Shown: positions 16,895 through 25,329 of the stretch, piece after piece
Layout: every line of letters starts with the position of its first letter
Position numbering within the stretch: position 1 is the stretch's first letter
DNA from: Cereibacter sphaeroides 2.4.1
Lineage (GTDB): Bacteria; Pseudomonadota; Alphaproteobacteria; Rhodobacterales; Rhodobacteraceae
Direction: 5' to 3'
Assembly: GCF_000012905.2 (NCBI RefSeq)
Contig: NC_009008.1
Span: forward strand, 1 to 32,000
DNA length: 32,000 nucleotides
The notes under the pieces: model-generated
What the model was told of the DNA's origin: nothing
The model's database searches: none
Seen by the model: only the letters and a program-made list of their open reading frames with translations
Program-made: the position numbers and the translations under genes

Positions 16895-19270
16895 TCAGAA
16901 GCCGATGGCGATCTTGGCCGTGACCATCCGCCGGTCGCCCTCGTAGCAGGAATAGGCGCTGGCGCAGGTGGTGAAGTACTCCTTGTCCGTCAGGTTCGTC
17001 ACATTGAGCGCCAGCCGCGCGGTCTCGCTCAGCGCATAGCTCGCGCCGAGGTCGATCACCGTCCGGCCATCCACCTTGATCGTATTGCCGTTGTCGCCGA
17101 AGCTCGTGCCCACATGGCGCAGCCCGCCGCCGAGCGAGAGGCCGTCCAGCGCGCCCGCGCCGAAGCTGTAGTTCAACCAGAGCGACGCCTGCGACTTCGG
17201 CACCAGCGCGGGGCGGTTGCCCTCGTTGCCGGCATTGTCCTCGGTGATCTCGACATCGCTGTAGCTGTAGTTCGCCGCAATGTCCCAGCCCGAGCCGAGC
17301 GAGGCCTTGCCCTCGACCTCGATCCCGCGCGAACGGATCTCGCCTGTGGCGATGTTGTAGCCGGTCGAGATGCCGCCCGGCCCCAGTTCGGGCGTGAGCA
17401 CGTTCGACTTGGTGATGTCGAACAGCGCCACTGTCAGCAGCGCGTCCGTGCCCGAGGGCTGATACTTCGCTCCCAGCTCCCATTGCTGGCCGCGGGTGGG
17501 ATCGAAGGTACGGCCGTCCGAGCCGAGGCCCGCGTTCGGCAGGAAGCTCTCGGAATAGCTGAGGTAGGGGACGAGGCCCGAATCCGTCAGGTAGCTCACC
17601 CCCACCCGGCCCGAGAAATTGTCGAGATCGACCTCGCGCGCGGTTCCGGTCAGGTGGTCGTCGGTTCTGGTGCTGAGCCAGTCCTGACGCCCGCCCAGCG
17701 TGAAGAGGAAGCGATCCAGCCGGATTTCGTCCTGAACGTAGAGACCCGTCTGGCGATACTCTTCGGTGTAGTCATAGGCCACGGTCGTGGGGGTGGGAAC
17801 GTCCACGCCATAGACGGGCGCATAGGGATCGAGCGAGGGCGCGGTGCCGTTCCAGCGGCGCGCGTCCGTGTCGCTGCGCGAATGGTCGAGCCCGATCAGC
17901 AGCTTGTGCGAGAGCCGCCCGGTCTGGAACTCGCCCAGGAGGTTGGTGTCGACCGCAAGGCTGTCGAGGCTTTCCGAGAAGCGCCGCGCCTGCCGCGTGA
18001 GGCCGGTGGCATCCGCCCCGATCATGGCGATCATGTCGAGATCGAAGTCCACGCGCCCGTAACGCAGGTTCTGGCGCACCGTCCAGCCATTGTCCATCCG
18101 GTGGCTGAACTCGTAGCCCAGCGTCTTCTGGTCCTGCTCGCTCCGCGAGAAGTTCGGGTCGCCCACGAGGATGTCGGTCGGCGTGAAGAAGATCGCCGTG
18201 CCGCCCGAGCGGTCGCGCAGCGCCTGCGCCGTGACGGTCAGGCTGGTGGCGTCGGTGGGTGCCCAGGTGATCGAGGGCGCCAGCATCAGCCGGTCGTCCT
18301 TCATCCGCGTGCCGTCGCCGTAGGAAAATTGCGTGTTCCCGTCGCGCGCCACGCCGACCAGCCGGTAGGAGAGCGTCTTGTCCTCGGTGAGCGCGCCCCC
18401 GAAATCGACCGCCGCCTGCGTCGTGGCGAAGCTGCCGTAGGAAAGTTCGGCCTCGCGCAGCGGTTCGGTGACCGGCCGCTTCGAGGTCTTGCCGACCACG
18501 CCGCCCGCATCGGACTGCCCATAGAGGGCCGAGGACGGCCCGCGCAGCACTTCGATCGTCTCGAGCTGGTGCGGATCGGTGCGGAAATGGCTGTAGTTCG
18601 AGGCGATCTGGCGCAGCCCGTCGAGATAGGCGCTGGAGGACTGGCCGTTGAAGCCGCGCAGCATGATCCATTCGAAGCCCTTGGGGTCCGGGCCGTAGGT
18701 TTCGATGTTGACGCCCGGCACATAGCGCAGCGCCTCGGTGACCGAGCGGGCGCCCTGCGCCTCCAGCTGGCGCGGGCCGATCACGCTGACCGACTGCGGC
18801 ACTTCCAGAACGGGCGTGCCGCTCTTGCTGGCCGTGCCGCTGGCGCCCGCGACGAAGCTCGTGGCCCCGTTGCCGTCGCCCGCCACCCGGATCCGCTCGA
18901 GCATCACGCCGGCCGAGCCGTCCGCCGCGCCCGCGGGGATGCGCTGGAAGACGTGGATCGTGCCCGCATTGGCGAAGCGCCACGAGAGGCCGGTGCCCGC
19001 AAGCAGCGTCTCCATCGCCGCCTCGACGCTCATCGCGCCCTGCACCGGATTGCCCCGCACCGCCACAGCGCCCTCGTCGGGCATCACGATCGAGAGCCCG
19101 GCCACGCGGCCGATGTCATTGACCGCCCGCGTCACGGGTTTCGCCGGAATGTCGAACCGGTGCGGCACGCCTTGCGCCAGCACGGGGAGCGCCGCTCCGC
19201 AGAGAAGCGCGGTCGTCAGCAGCCGGGCCATACGGCCGGTCCGCCAGGGGAGAAGAGACTGCCCTCGCAT
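16895..19270 (-). CDS. TonB-dependent siderophore receptor/transducer with N-terminal STN signalling domain (FecA/FpvA class)
   Basis: Signal peptide MRGQSLLPWRTGRMARLLTTALLCGAALPVLAQG. STN domain RFDIPAKPVTRAVNDIGRVAGLSIVMPDEG...VEAAMETLLAGTGLSWR. Plug (VSVIGPRQLEAQGARSVTEALRYVPGV). Beta-barrel ending in ...MVTAKIAIGF. The start is taken at ATG 19270 (AAGGA upstream); the track ORF start at 19333 is possible. Confidence 0.9.
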   Translation of the reverse strand: MRGQSLLPWRTGRMARLLTTALLCGAALPVLAQGVPHRFDIPAKPVTRAVNDIGRVAGLSIVMPDEGAVAVRGNPVQGAMSVEAAMETLLAGTGLSWRFANAGTIHVFQRIPAGAADGSAGVMLERIRVAGDGNGATSFVAGASGTASKSGTPVLEVPQSVSVIGPRQLEAQGARSVTEALRYVPGVNIETYGPDPKGFEWIMLRGFNGQSSSAYLDGLRQIASNYSHFRTDPHQLETIEVLRGPSSALYGQSDAGGVVGKTSKRPVTEPLREAELSYGSFATTQAAVDFGGALTEDKTLSYRLVGVARDGNTQFSYGDGTRMKDDRLMLAPSITWAPTDATSLTVTAQALRDRSGGTAIFFTPTDILVGDPNFSRSEQDQKTLGYEFSHRMDNGWTVRQNLRYGRVDFDLDMIAMIGADATGLTRQARRFSESLDSLAVDTNLLGEFQTGRLSHKLLIGLDHSRSDTDARRWNGTAPSLDPYAPVYGVDVPTPTTVAYDYTEEYRQTGLYVQDEIRLDRFLFTLGGRQDWLSTRTDDHLTGTAREVDLDNFSGRVGVSYLTDSGLVPYLSYSESFLPNAGLGSDGRTFDPTRGQQWELGAKYQPSGTDALLTVALFDITKSNVLTPELGPGGISTGYNIATGEIRSRGIEVEGKASLGSGWDIAANYSYSDVEITEDNAGNEGNRPALVPKSQASLWLNYSFGAGALDGLSLGGGLRHVGTSFGDNGNTIKVDGRTVIDLGASYALSETARLALNVTNLTDKEYFTTCASAYSCYEGDRRMVTAKIAIGF

Positions 19271-19400
19271 GGAATATCCTTTGTCCTTCGTCACGGTGAG
19301 CACGGATGGCGAAGGTTCGGGCTTTCCATGCACTCATCAGGTTCACGTCCCGGGGCGGGGATCACTGAACCGACGGGCGCATCTTTTTCTCGGATGGCCC

Positions 19401-20375
19401 CTAGGGGCGCAGGATCCGGACGGATCCGGGCAGGCGGGTGATGGTCAGCCCCACCGTGTCGCGCAACGACTCGAGCGCCGCCTCGGGATGATCGAGATCG
19501 AGGCTGCCGGACACCCGCCTGTCTCCGAGGTCGCGCGAGGCAATGAGGATGTGCCCCGGCAGATAGCGCTCCAGCGTGGCGACCAGATCGCCGAGCCGCA
19601 TCCGGTAGAAGGCGAACCTGCCGTCCTGCCAGCCCGATGCTTCGGCCAGGTCCACGGCTTCCACGGAAGGCCGACCCGGGCCGTCGACGCTGAACTGCTC
19701 GCCCGGGACCAGCGGCTGCTCGACCGGCAGACCGGGATAGCGGACGCTCACGCGGCCTTGCCTGAGGACGATCTGGCCGCCGTCCTCCAGCAGCCGGACG
19801 TCGAAGACGGTGCCATGCACGGTGACCTCGCCCTTGCCGAAGCGCACACGGAACGGTCGCGGCGATCTGGTGACCTCGAACGAGGCCGCTCCGCGCAGCA
19901 GCCGCAGAAGGCGGTCGGGACCGTCCATGTCGACGCGGATCGCGCTGTCCGCGTCGAGGAGCACCCGGCTGCCGTCGGGCAACGAGACGCTGCGGCGCTC
20001 GCCCCGGGCGCTCGCGTAATCCGCTCCGAGATCCTGCAGGAGATGGGGCTGGCGCAGCCAGAGGCCGCCAAGGCCGATCGCCAGGGCCAGCACCGCCACA
20101 GTTCCGCCGCGCAGAACGCGCCGCCGCCGGGCGCCCCGGTCCATCGCCGCCAGATAGACCGAGAGCGCCCCGGCCTCGGCTTCGGCAAGCCGCTCGCCGG
20201 GCGCGCGCGTCTCGCCCCAGAGCGCTTCGACCTCGGCCCAGGCGGCGACATGCGCGGGATCCTCCTCGAGCCAGACCTGCAGTTCGCGCTTCGACAGCGC
20301 GCGGCCGCGCAGGCGGACAAAGAGGTCACGGGCTTTCGCGCGCTGCGGCTCGGTCGGGTGGCGATCCCCAGTCAA
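19401..20375 (-). CDS. fecR: FecR-family anti-sigma factor / transmembrane sensor
   Basis: 324 aa from TTG 20375. Contains WLEEDPAHVAAWAEVEALW, a single TM (VAVLALAIGLGGLW), and the FecR domain SVSLPDGSRVLLDADSAIRV...FEV...PFRVRFGKGEVTVHGTVFDV. The TTG overlaps the sigma stop as TTGA. No ATG or GTG is available at the expected position. Confidence 0.8.
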   Translation of the reverse strand: MTGDRHPTEPQRAKARDLFVRLRGRALSKRELQVWLEEDPAHVAAWAEVEALWGETRAPGERLAEAEAGALSVYLAAMDRGARRRRVLRGGTVAVLALAIGLGGLWLRQPHLLQDLGADYASARGERRSVSLPDGSRVLLDADSAIRVDMDGPDRLLRLLRGAASFEVTRSPRPFRVRFGKGEVTVHGTVFDVRLLEDGGQIVLRQGRVSVRYPGLPVEQPLVPGEQFSVDGPGRPSVEAVDLAEASGWQDGRFAFYRMRLGDLVATLERYLPGHILIASRDLGDRRVSGSLDLDHPEAALESLRDTVGLTITRLPGSVRILRP

Positions 20376-20869
20376 GCCCCGACCTCTGCGGCGGCGGCGC
20401 AGGCGGCGACGGCCTTGGCCATGTGCTTGGCCACCGCGCGCTCCGACATGCCGAAAGCTCCGGCGATTTCGGAAAAGCTCCGGCCATGGACGCGGTTGAG
20501 CAGGAAGATGTGCCGGGTCTTCTCCGGCAGGGCGAGCAGAGCCAGATCGATCCGCTGCAGCGCGTCGCGGGCGCCCATCGCGTCTTCCGCCGAGGGCGCA
20601 TGCAGACCCTCGTCGCGTCGGGCGGCCTCGGCCAGCAGCCGCGCCCGGGCCTGCTCCGCGCGCAGGTGATCGACGGCCGCGTTGCGCGCGCAGCGACTGA
20701 GATAGGCCGCAGGCTCCCCGTTCAGCCGCGTGGCACGCTCCCACAGACGCAGGAAGATGTCATGGACGATGTCACGCGCGAGGCTCGCGCAGCCGATCCG
20801 GCGGGCGATCTGCCGCTCCATCCGCTCGCGTTCCGAGACGTAGAGCTGAAGGAGGTGTTCGGACTGCAC
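20372..20869 (-). CDS. fecI: ECF (sigma-70 group IV) sigma factor, FecI-like
   Basis: 165 aa. Region 2 is ARDIVHDIFLRLWE...YLSRCARNAAVDHLR. Region 4 is LPEKTRHIFLLNRVHGRSFSEIAGAFGMSERAVAKHMAKA. GTG start. Confidence 0.85.
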   Translation of the reverse strand: MQSEHLLQLYVSERERMERQIARRIGCASLARDIVHDIFLRLWERATRLNGEPAAYLSRCARNAAVDHLRAEQARARLLAEAARRDEGLHAPSAEDAMGARDALQRIDLALLALPEKTRHIFLLNRVHGRSFSEIAGAFGMSERAVAKHMAKAVAACAAAAEVGA

Positions 20870-21203
20870 TGTGCGGGCCTGACTGTGAAGAGACGCGGCA
20901 CCTTAAGGCCGCATGGAACTCCCGACAATATCGCTCGGCCATTCTGTCGTGGGCGTCCCGCGTTGCTTCTGCCGCCTGTCGGCAGATCCACTGGTCGGTC
21001 AGAACGCTCTGTGTCCCAACGATGGTGGTTAACGCTTCGGTGCTAACGACCACGCCATATGGGTCTGGAGCCTAAGACGCTCCACAATAAGCGGCGTCTC
21101 CGCCACAGCGCGGACGCTCGTTCAGACAGGACTTCGCATAGAACCCGAAAGACCACGGTGCCGATCTCAGGGGTGGCCATTCCTGCCTGGGGATGGACAG
21201 CGC

Positions 21204-22184
21204 TTAACCCCTCCTGTGCTCTGCGCCTGCCGCCACCTCGACGGTCACATGCTCCATCCCGGTCGTCTCGCGCACGCGGCCTTTCACGGCGCGGCGCACG
21301 TCGTCCGCCACCGCGCCCGGCGCGAGCTCGATCTCCAGCGTGGCCATGGGCCGCTCCTGAGTGATCGACCAGGCGTGGACGTGATAGGCGCGGGCCACTC
21401 CGGGCAGCGTGGCTTCGAGGTCGGTCGCGACGGCGCGGGCGTCGAAGCCCGCCGGCGCGCCTTCGAGCAGGATATGGCCGCTCTCGCGCACCACGGACCA
21501 CGCCGAGCGCAGGATGAGGAGAGCAACCAGCACGGACAGGATCGGGTCGATGGGGGTCCAGCCTGTCCAGATGATGATGAGCGAGGCCGCAATCGCCGCA
21601 ACCGAGCCGAGCAGATCTCCCATGACGTGCAGGGCGGCGGCACGGACGTTGAGGTTGTCGCCCTCTGCGCGGCTGAGCACCCAGAAAGCCAGAACGTTCA
21701 CCACGAGTCCCCCCACGGCGACCCAGAGCATCAGCCCGCCCAGCACCCCGTGCGGGTCGCGCAGGCGCTGGATGGCCTCGAAGACGATCCACCCCGCGAT
21801 GGCGAACAGCGTGACCCCGTTCACGAAGGCGGCCAGCACCGAGAAGCGGTCGAAGCCGTAGGTCCGCTTCCAATCCGCCGGTCGCCGCGCCAGCCGGAAG
21901 GCGAACCAAGCCAGCAGAAGCGAGGCGAAGTCGGTCAGCATGTGGCCCGCATCGGCCAGAAGCGCGAGCGATCCGGAGATGAGCCCGCCGATGACCTCGG
22001 CCCCCATGAAGCCGCCCGTCAGGGCTGCGGCGATGAGGATGGCGCGTTCCTTGGAGCGGCGCGCCTCGGGCGTGTCATTGGCCGAGAGGGTCGGACCGTG
22101 CGAATGCCCCGCATGTCCATGTCGATGTGCGTGCCCATGCCCGTGTGCATGATCGTGCCCGTGACTGTGATCGTGTCCCATCAC
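21204..22184 (-). CDS. czcD: Cation diffusion facilitator (CDF) Zn/Co/Cd efflux protein with His-rich N-terminus
   Basis: (V)MGHDHSHGHDHAHGHGHAHRHGHAGHSHGP..., then LLADAGHMLTDFASLLLAWFA (TM2 metal-site motif) and HVMGDLLGSVAAI (TM5 HxxxD). GTG 22184 or ATG 22181; SD GGAGG favours the ATG. Confidence 0.9.
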   Translation of the reverse strand: MMGHDHSHGHDHAHGHGHAHRHGHAGHSHGPTLSANDTPEARRSKERAILIAAALTGGFMGAEVIGGLISGSLALLADAGHMLTDFASLLLAWFAFRLARRPADWKRTYGFDRFSVLAAFVNGVTLFAIAGWIVFEAIQRLRDPHGVLGGLMLWVAVGGLVVNVLAFWVLSRAEGDNLNVRAAALHVMGDLLGSVAAIAASLIIIWTGWTPIDPILSVLVALLILRSAWSVVRESGHILLEGAPAGFDARAVATDLEATLPGVARAYHVHAWSITQERPMATLEIELAPGAVADDVRRAVKGRVRETTGMEHVTVEVAAGAEHRRG

Positions 22185-22303
22185 CGCACCTCCGCCCGAA
22201 GGCCCTTGTCAGCCGGGCGCGTGACGTGCGCGTTTATCCCGTGGTGGAGTGTGGGGGCATCGAAGCCCGGCAGGTCAGGGCTGCGGAGGTGGTGGTCGGT
22301 CAT
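22181..22303 (-). CDS. Candidate 40-aa His-containing leader ORF translationally coupled to the CDF gene
   Basis: My codon-by-codon translation gives MTDHHLRSPDLPGFDAPTLHHGINAHVTRPADKGLRAEVR-TGA. The stop overlaps the CDF ATG as TGATG. Third-position G+C is high. It lies wholly within the predicted leader downstream of the MerR-type promoter. No homology is recognised and the SD is weak. Confidence 0.25.
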   Translation of the reverse strand: MTDHHLRSPDLPGFDAPTLHHGINAHVTRPADKGLRAEVR

Positions 22304-22335
22304 GGCAGTGCTCTTGATTCGTCTCGTCCCCATGG

Positions 22336-22366
22336 TAGATACGATCTACAGCCACTGTAGCTTCAA
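22336..22366 (-). promoter_or_regulatory. MerR-type metal-responsive promoter for the CDF transcript: TTGAAG, 19 nt, TATCTA, with dyad CTACAG-n3-CTGTAG in the spacer
   Basis: On the minus strand the sequence is TTGAAG (22366-22361), spacer 22360-22342 (19 nt), TATCTA (22341-22336). The spacer carries ctacag(22346-51)/ctgtag(22355-60). A second dyad tagat-acg-atcta (22336-22348) overlaps the -10. Confidence 0.5.
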
Positions 22367-22378
22367 GGGGTGATCGCG

Positions 22379-22801
22379 ATGCAGGGCCATTCCATCGGTG
22401 CGCTGTCCAAGCGCACGGGCGTAAATGTGACGACGATCCGCTACTATGAGGGGCGTGGTCTTTTGCCCGATCCCGGCCGCACGGGCGGGGGGCAGCGCCG
22501 CTACGGCGATGCCGAGCTGGACCGGTTGTCCTTTATCGCCCATGCCCGGCAGCTTGGATTCGACCTCGACGCCATTGCCGAACTGATCGCGTTGCAGGAG
22601 ACACCCCATGCTGCCCATGGCGACGCGCACCGCATCGCGAAGGAACGGATTATCGAAATCCGGGATCGGATCGCGCGGTTGCGGCGGCTGGAGGCTGAAC
22701 TAGTGCGCGTCGTGAAGACCTGCGACGGTCAGTCCGATGGGCAACCCTGCCGGGTGCTGCATGCCCTGGCCGACCATCAGGCGTGCGAAGGCGAGCACTG
22801 A
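22379..22801 (+). CDS. Heavy-metal-responsive MerR-family regulator (ZntR/CadR/PbrR-like)
   Basis: MQGHSIGALSKRTGVNVTTIRYYEGRGLLPDPGRTGGGQRRYGDAELDRLSFIAHARQLGFDLDAI... C-terminal Cys/His cluster KTCDGQSDGQPCRVLHALADHQAC (C-x8-C). AAGGGG lies 9 nt before ATG 22379. The track start at GTG 22370 has no SD. Confidence 0.85.
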   Translation: MQGHSIGALSKRTGVNVTTIRYYEGRGLLPDPGRTGGGQRRYGDAELDRLSFIAHARQLGFDLDAIAELIALQETPHAAHGDAHRIAKERIIEIRDRIARLRRLEAELVRVVKTCDGQSDGQPCRVLHALADHQACEGEH

Positions 22802-22925
22802 GACCTGCTTGGGGTCACAAAGAGGTTCTGAACGTGAACACGTCGCGTGTCAGGGTGAACGCCCGGCCGGAGCATGCGCCAAGCGGCCATTGTGGACGAC
22901 ACTCGGTAGCTCTTATCGCTCTTCC

Positions 22926-23741
22926 CTATCGTAAACGGTTCCGCTCGAGCAGATAGCGGCCTGGAGGCTTGCCGACCATCTTTCGAAACATGGTCACGAA
23001 ACTGCTGGCGCTTTCATAGCCGAGATCGATGGCGATGGCCTGAACCGACTGACCAGCGCTCAGGCGCCGCAAGGCAAGCACGATATGCAACTGTCGGCGC
23101 CAGCGGCCGAAACTCATGCCCACCTCGTCGGCCAAAAGACGGCTCAGGCTGCGCTCGCTGAGCGCGACGCGGGAGGCCCACTCCGCGACGCTCGCGTGAT
23201 CCGCGGGCGCCGCGATCAACAGGTCGGTGAGCTTCTTCAGGCGCGGATCGCCGGGGATGGGCAGGCAGAGATCCTCGACCGGTGCCACAGCCAGCTCATC
23301 GAAGAGAACGGACACGATCCGCCCATCCGGGCCGTCGACGTCATAGAGGTCCGGCAGAGCGTTTGCCCGCATCAGCAACTCGCGGAAAAACCGCGACACC
23401 GCGATCGTGCAGCAATCTTTCGGCAGGTTCGCGGAGTCGGGAGGATCAATGAAAAGAGAGAGACACTCCACCTCGCCCGAGCCGAAAACGGAATGGGGCA
23501 GCCCGCTGGGAATCCACACGGCGCATTGCGGCGGTACGATCCAGACTGCGCCGTCGACCTCGCAATTGACGACGCCCCGCACCGTGAAAAGCAGTTGCGC
23601 CTTTTGGTGATGGTGCCGGGGCGATTGCTCCAGGGCGTCAAGGGTGGCGACCGCGTTGGCGGCCACCAACGCACGCGGGATCTCGTCGACATAGGCGAGC
23701 CAGTCGCGACGGACGTCCAGATACATCTCAGACCTCGGCAT
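22926..23741 (-). CDS. AraC-family transcriptional regulator (cupin + HTH)
   Basis: From ATG 23741: MPRSEMYLDV...HHHQKAQLLFTVRGVVNCEVDGAVWIVPPQCAVWIPSGLPHSV (cupin). C-terminal ...SLSRLLADEVGMSFGRWRRQLHIVLALRRL...IAIDLGYESASSFVTMFRKMVGKPPGRY. The upstream part of the 446-aa track ORF is unsupported. Confidence 0.85.
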   Translation of the reverse strand: MPRSEMYLDVRRDWLAYVDEIPRALVAANAVATLDALEQSPRHHHQKAQLLFTVRGVVNCEVDGAVWIVPPQCAVWIPSGLPHSVFGSGEVECLSLFIDPPDSANLPKDCCTIAVSRFFRELLMRANALPDLYDVDGPDGRIVSVLFDELAVAPVEDLCLPIPGDPRLKKLTDLLIAAPADHASVAEWASRVALSERSLSRLLADEVGMSFGRWRRQLHIVLALRRLSAGQSVQAIAIDLGYESASSFVTMFRKMVGKPPGRYLLERNRLR

Positions 23742-23882
23742 TTTCAGATCAGGCCGGATTGAAACATATCGTGGCAGGGTTGCGCAATGACGCCACGTGC
23801 CGGCTGGCGTATCTGGTGATCGCGCTCCGTTACTGGAGGGGCAGAGCTGACCTGCCAGACACATAGGCACAGGAGTTTCCAC

Positions 23883-24281
23883 GTGATCGACAATGCCCCG
23901 GTTAAGCTCGCGCTCGCATGGCTCATCCCGGCAGTTGGTGCCGCACTCTTTGTCACGATCCAGTGCTTTTCCTATCTGAACGTCTATGTCGGCAGCGGCG
24001 GGACGATGCAGGCCATGACGTTCGATCCCGCCTCCTTGTGGGGCGTGTCCATTTTCTATGGCGCCTGGGTCCTCCCGCCCTTGCTGGCGCTGGCCGCAAG
24101 GCGCGCGACCGACTGGGCGATGCTCGTCTTCGGCGGTCTGCTGTTCATCATGAGCACGCTCGCTGGCGTCTTCGATGGCTTGCGCGATGGCGGCCATCTT
24201 GTGGGTCTGGAACTGCTGGCTGTCACGCTGCCGGGTGTGGTCGCGCTTCTCTTTACATGGCGGCACATTCGTTCGACCTGA
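23883..24281 (+). CDS. Hypothetical small integral membrane protein (about 4 TM)
   Basis: 132 aa with hydrophobic segments LALAWLIPAVGAALFVTIQ, VSIFYGAWVLPPLLALA, AMLVFGGLLFIMSTLAGVF, LELLAVTLPGVVALLF. SD AGGAG lies 7 nt before GTG 23883. No family is recognised. Confidence 0.5.
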   Translation: MIDNAPVKLALAWLIPAVGAALFVTIQCFSYLNVYVGSGGTMQAMTFDPASLWGVSIFYGAWVLPPLLALAARRATDWAMLVFGGLLFIMSTLAGVFDGLRDGGHLVGLELLAVTLPGVVALLFTWRHIRST

Positions 24282-24310
24282 AACCGTCCATTCTCGCCGG
24301 GAGACGACAC

Positions 24311-24721
24311 ATGCCCTTGGATATCACGAATTTTCCGCTTGTCTGGATGAGCTATGACGAAGCGCCCGATCACAACCACGACGAGGATTTCGCGGCACTC
24401 GAGGCGTGCTTCAAACGCGGCGCACCGTTTGTGATCCTGAGCGATAATGCTCCGACCGAAGACGAACAGCACGACCATAGCCAGGAAGAAAGGAAGCGCA
24501 CTGCGCTGTGGATGAAGAAGCACAAGGCCGAATTGCGGACGCTGGTGCGGGCGATGATCGTGATTGAGCCGAGCGCCGGCAAGCGTCTGGCCTTCAAGAC
24601 TTTCGGCGCGGTCTTTTCCAAATTCTGGGGTTTTCCGTTGCGGATTGCAGTGACTCGCAAAGAGGCGATGGACGTCGCCGAGAACCTGCTATCAGAGGGC
24701 GCGGGGTCTACAACATTCTGA
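24311..24721 (+). CDS. Hypothetical cytoplasmic protein (136 aa), acidic/His-rich middle
   Basis: MPLDITNFPLVWMSYDEAPDHNHDEDFAALEACFKRGAPFVILSDNAPTEDEQHDHSQEERKRTALWMKKHKAELRTLVRAMIVIEPSAG... SD GGGAGA lies before ATG 24311, 29 nt after the preceding gene. No family is recognised. Confidence 0.5.
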   Translation: MPLDITNFPLVWMSYDEAPDHNHDEDFAALEACFKRGAPFVILSDNAPTEDEQHDHSQEERKRTALWMKKHKAELRTLVRAMIVIEPSAGKRLAFKTFGAVFSKFWGFPLRIAVTRKEAMDVAENLLSEGAGSTTF

Positions 24722-24779
24722 AGAACAGCTGCGTGGACCGCGCGACGATGGTTTTCTGAAGATTGCAAGTTTCGCTCGA

Positions 24780-25036
24780 GCTTTGGTCGATCGGGCTATG
24801 GCGCAGTGGCCCGCCCCCATGGGGTGGTACGGTTTTAAGTGCATGACAGGTCTCGGCGCCACGGTTGAGGTGGCCGGCGTAGAGGGTGCGGTTGGCGAAG
24901 CCGGCCACTGCACGGCCAGTGGCGACGGGGGACGGTGGCCCAGCGATGAATGCGGGCGCCTCGTGTTGTAATGCTGGCGCCAGGTCTTGATCACGATCCG
25001 GGCTTCGGCCAGGCTGTAGAAGATCCGTCCGTTCAA
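24780..25036 (-). mobile_element. IS3-family transposase (OrfB/integrase core) 3'-terminal fragment
   Basis: LNGRIFYSLAEARIVIKTWRQHYNTRRPHSSLGHRPPSPLAV...HPMGAGH is the conserved end of IS3-family DDE transposases (LNxExFxSLxEAxxxIExWRxxYNxxRPHSSLGYRPPAPE). Everything N-terminal of it is missing, with the break near 25036. Confidence 0.55.
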
Positions 25037-25325
25037 CGTCGCGGCCGTGGCCACCGCCCGCAAGATCGCGGCCCTGATCTGGCAGTTGCTGACGAAGGAG
25101 CCCCCGTATCGCTGGGCGCGTCCCGCCTTCGTGGCCGTGAAGATGCGCAAGCTGGAGTTGCGTGCCGTCGCCGCCAGGGCTCACGCGCCAGCGGGTCCCA
25201 GCCGCGACTACTGGATCAAGGAGATCCAGCATCGGGAAATCGAACTGGTCGCACAGGCCGAACTTGCTTACGCGCAGATGGTCGGGGCATGGAAGGACAA
25301 GCCGCCTAAGCCGCAGGGAGGATGA
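25020..25325 (+). mobile_element. IS110-family transposase 3'-terminal fragment
   Basis: ...VAAVATARKIAALIWQLLTKEPPYRWARPAFVAVKMRKLELRA... matches the C-terminal helix region of IS110/IS1111 transposases (VAxARKLAxxiWxxLxxxxxY). About 95 aa only, abutting the IS3 fragment. Confidence 0.55.
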
Positions 25326-25329
25326 GAAA

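Noticed and set aside
13176-17483. 1435-aa minus-strand track ORF spanning four genes
   Set aside because: Only its last 274 aa (from ATG 14000) form a coherent ABC ATPase. The remainder is Arg/Ala/Pro/Gly-rich low-complexity sequence, produced when a G+C-rich region is read in the wrong frame over the fhuB/fhuD/receptor genes.
15410-19441. 1343-aa plus-strand ORF, and similar long plus-strand ORFs at 14003-15097 and 14061-15608
   Set aside because: These are antisense shadows of the siderophore operon. Their composition is dominated by R/A/G/P/E, with no motifs. The opposite strand carries unmistakable FhuB, FhuD and TonB-receptor sequences.
20870-21203. Fur/Irr/RirA-type iron box or a small RNA upstream of the ECF sigma gene
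   Set aside because: Only weak partial dyads are present (GACAgaat...atatTGTC; a hairpin agacgc-N13-gcgtct at ~21075-21099 without a U-tract). Nothing is close enough to a consensus I can recall reliably, so no feature is called.
21043-22373. 288-aa minus and 385-aa plus ORFs overlapping the CDF gene
   Set aside because: Off-frame or antisense to a clear CDF transporter with conserved TM2/TM5 metal-site motifs.
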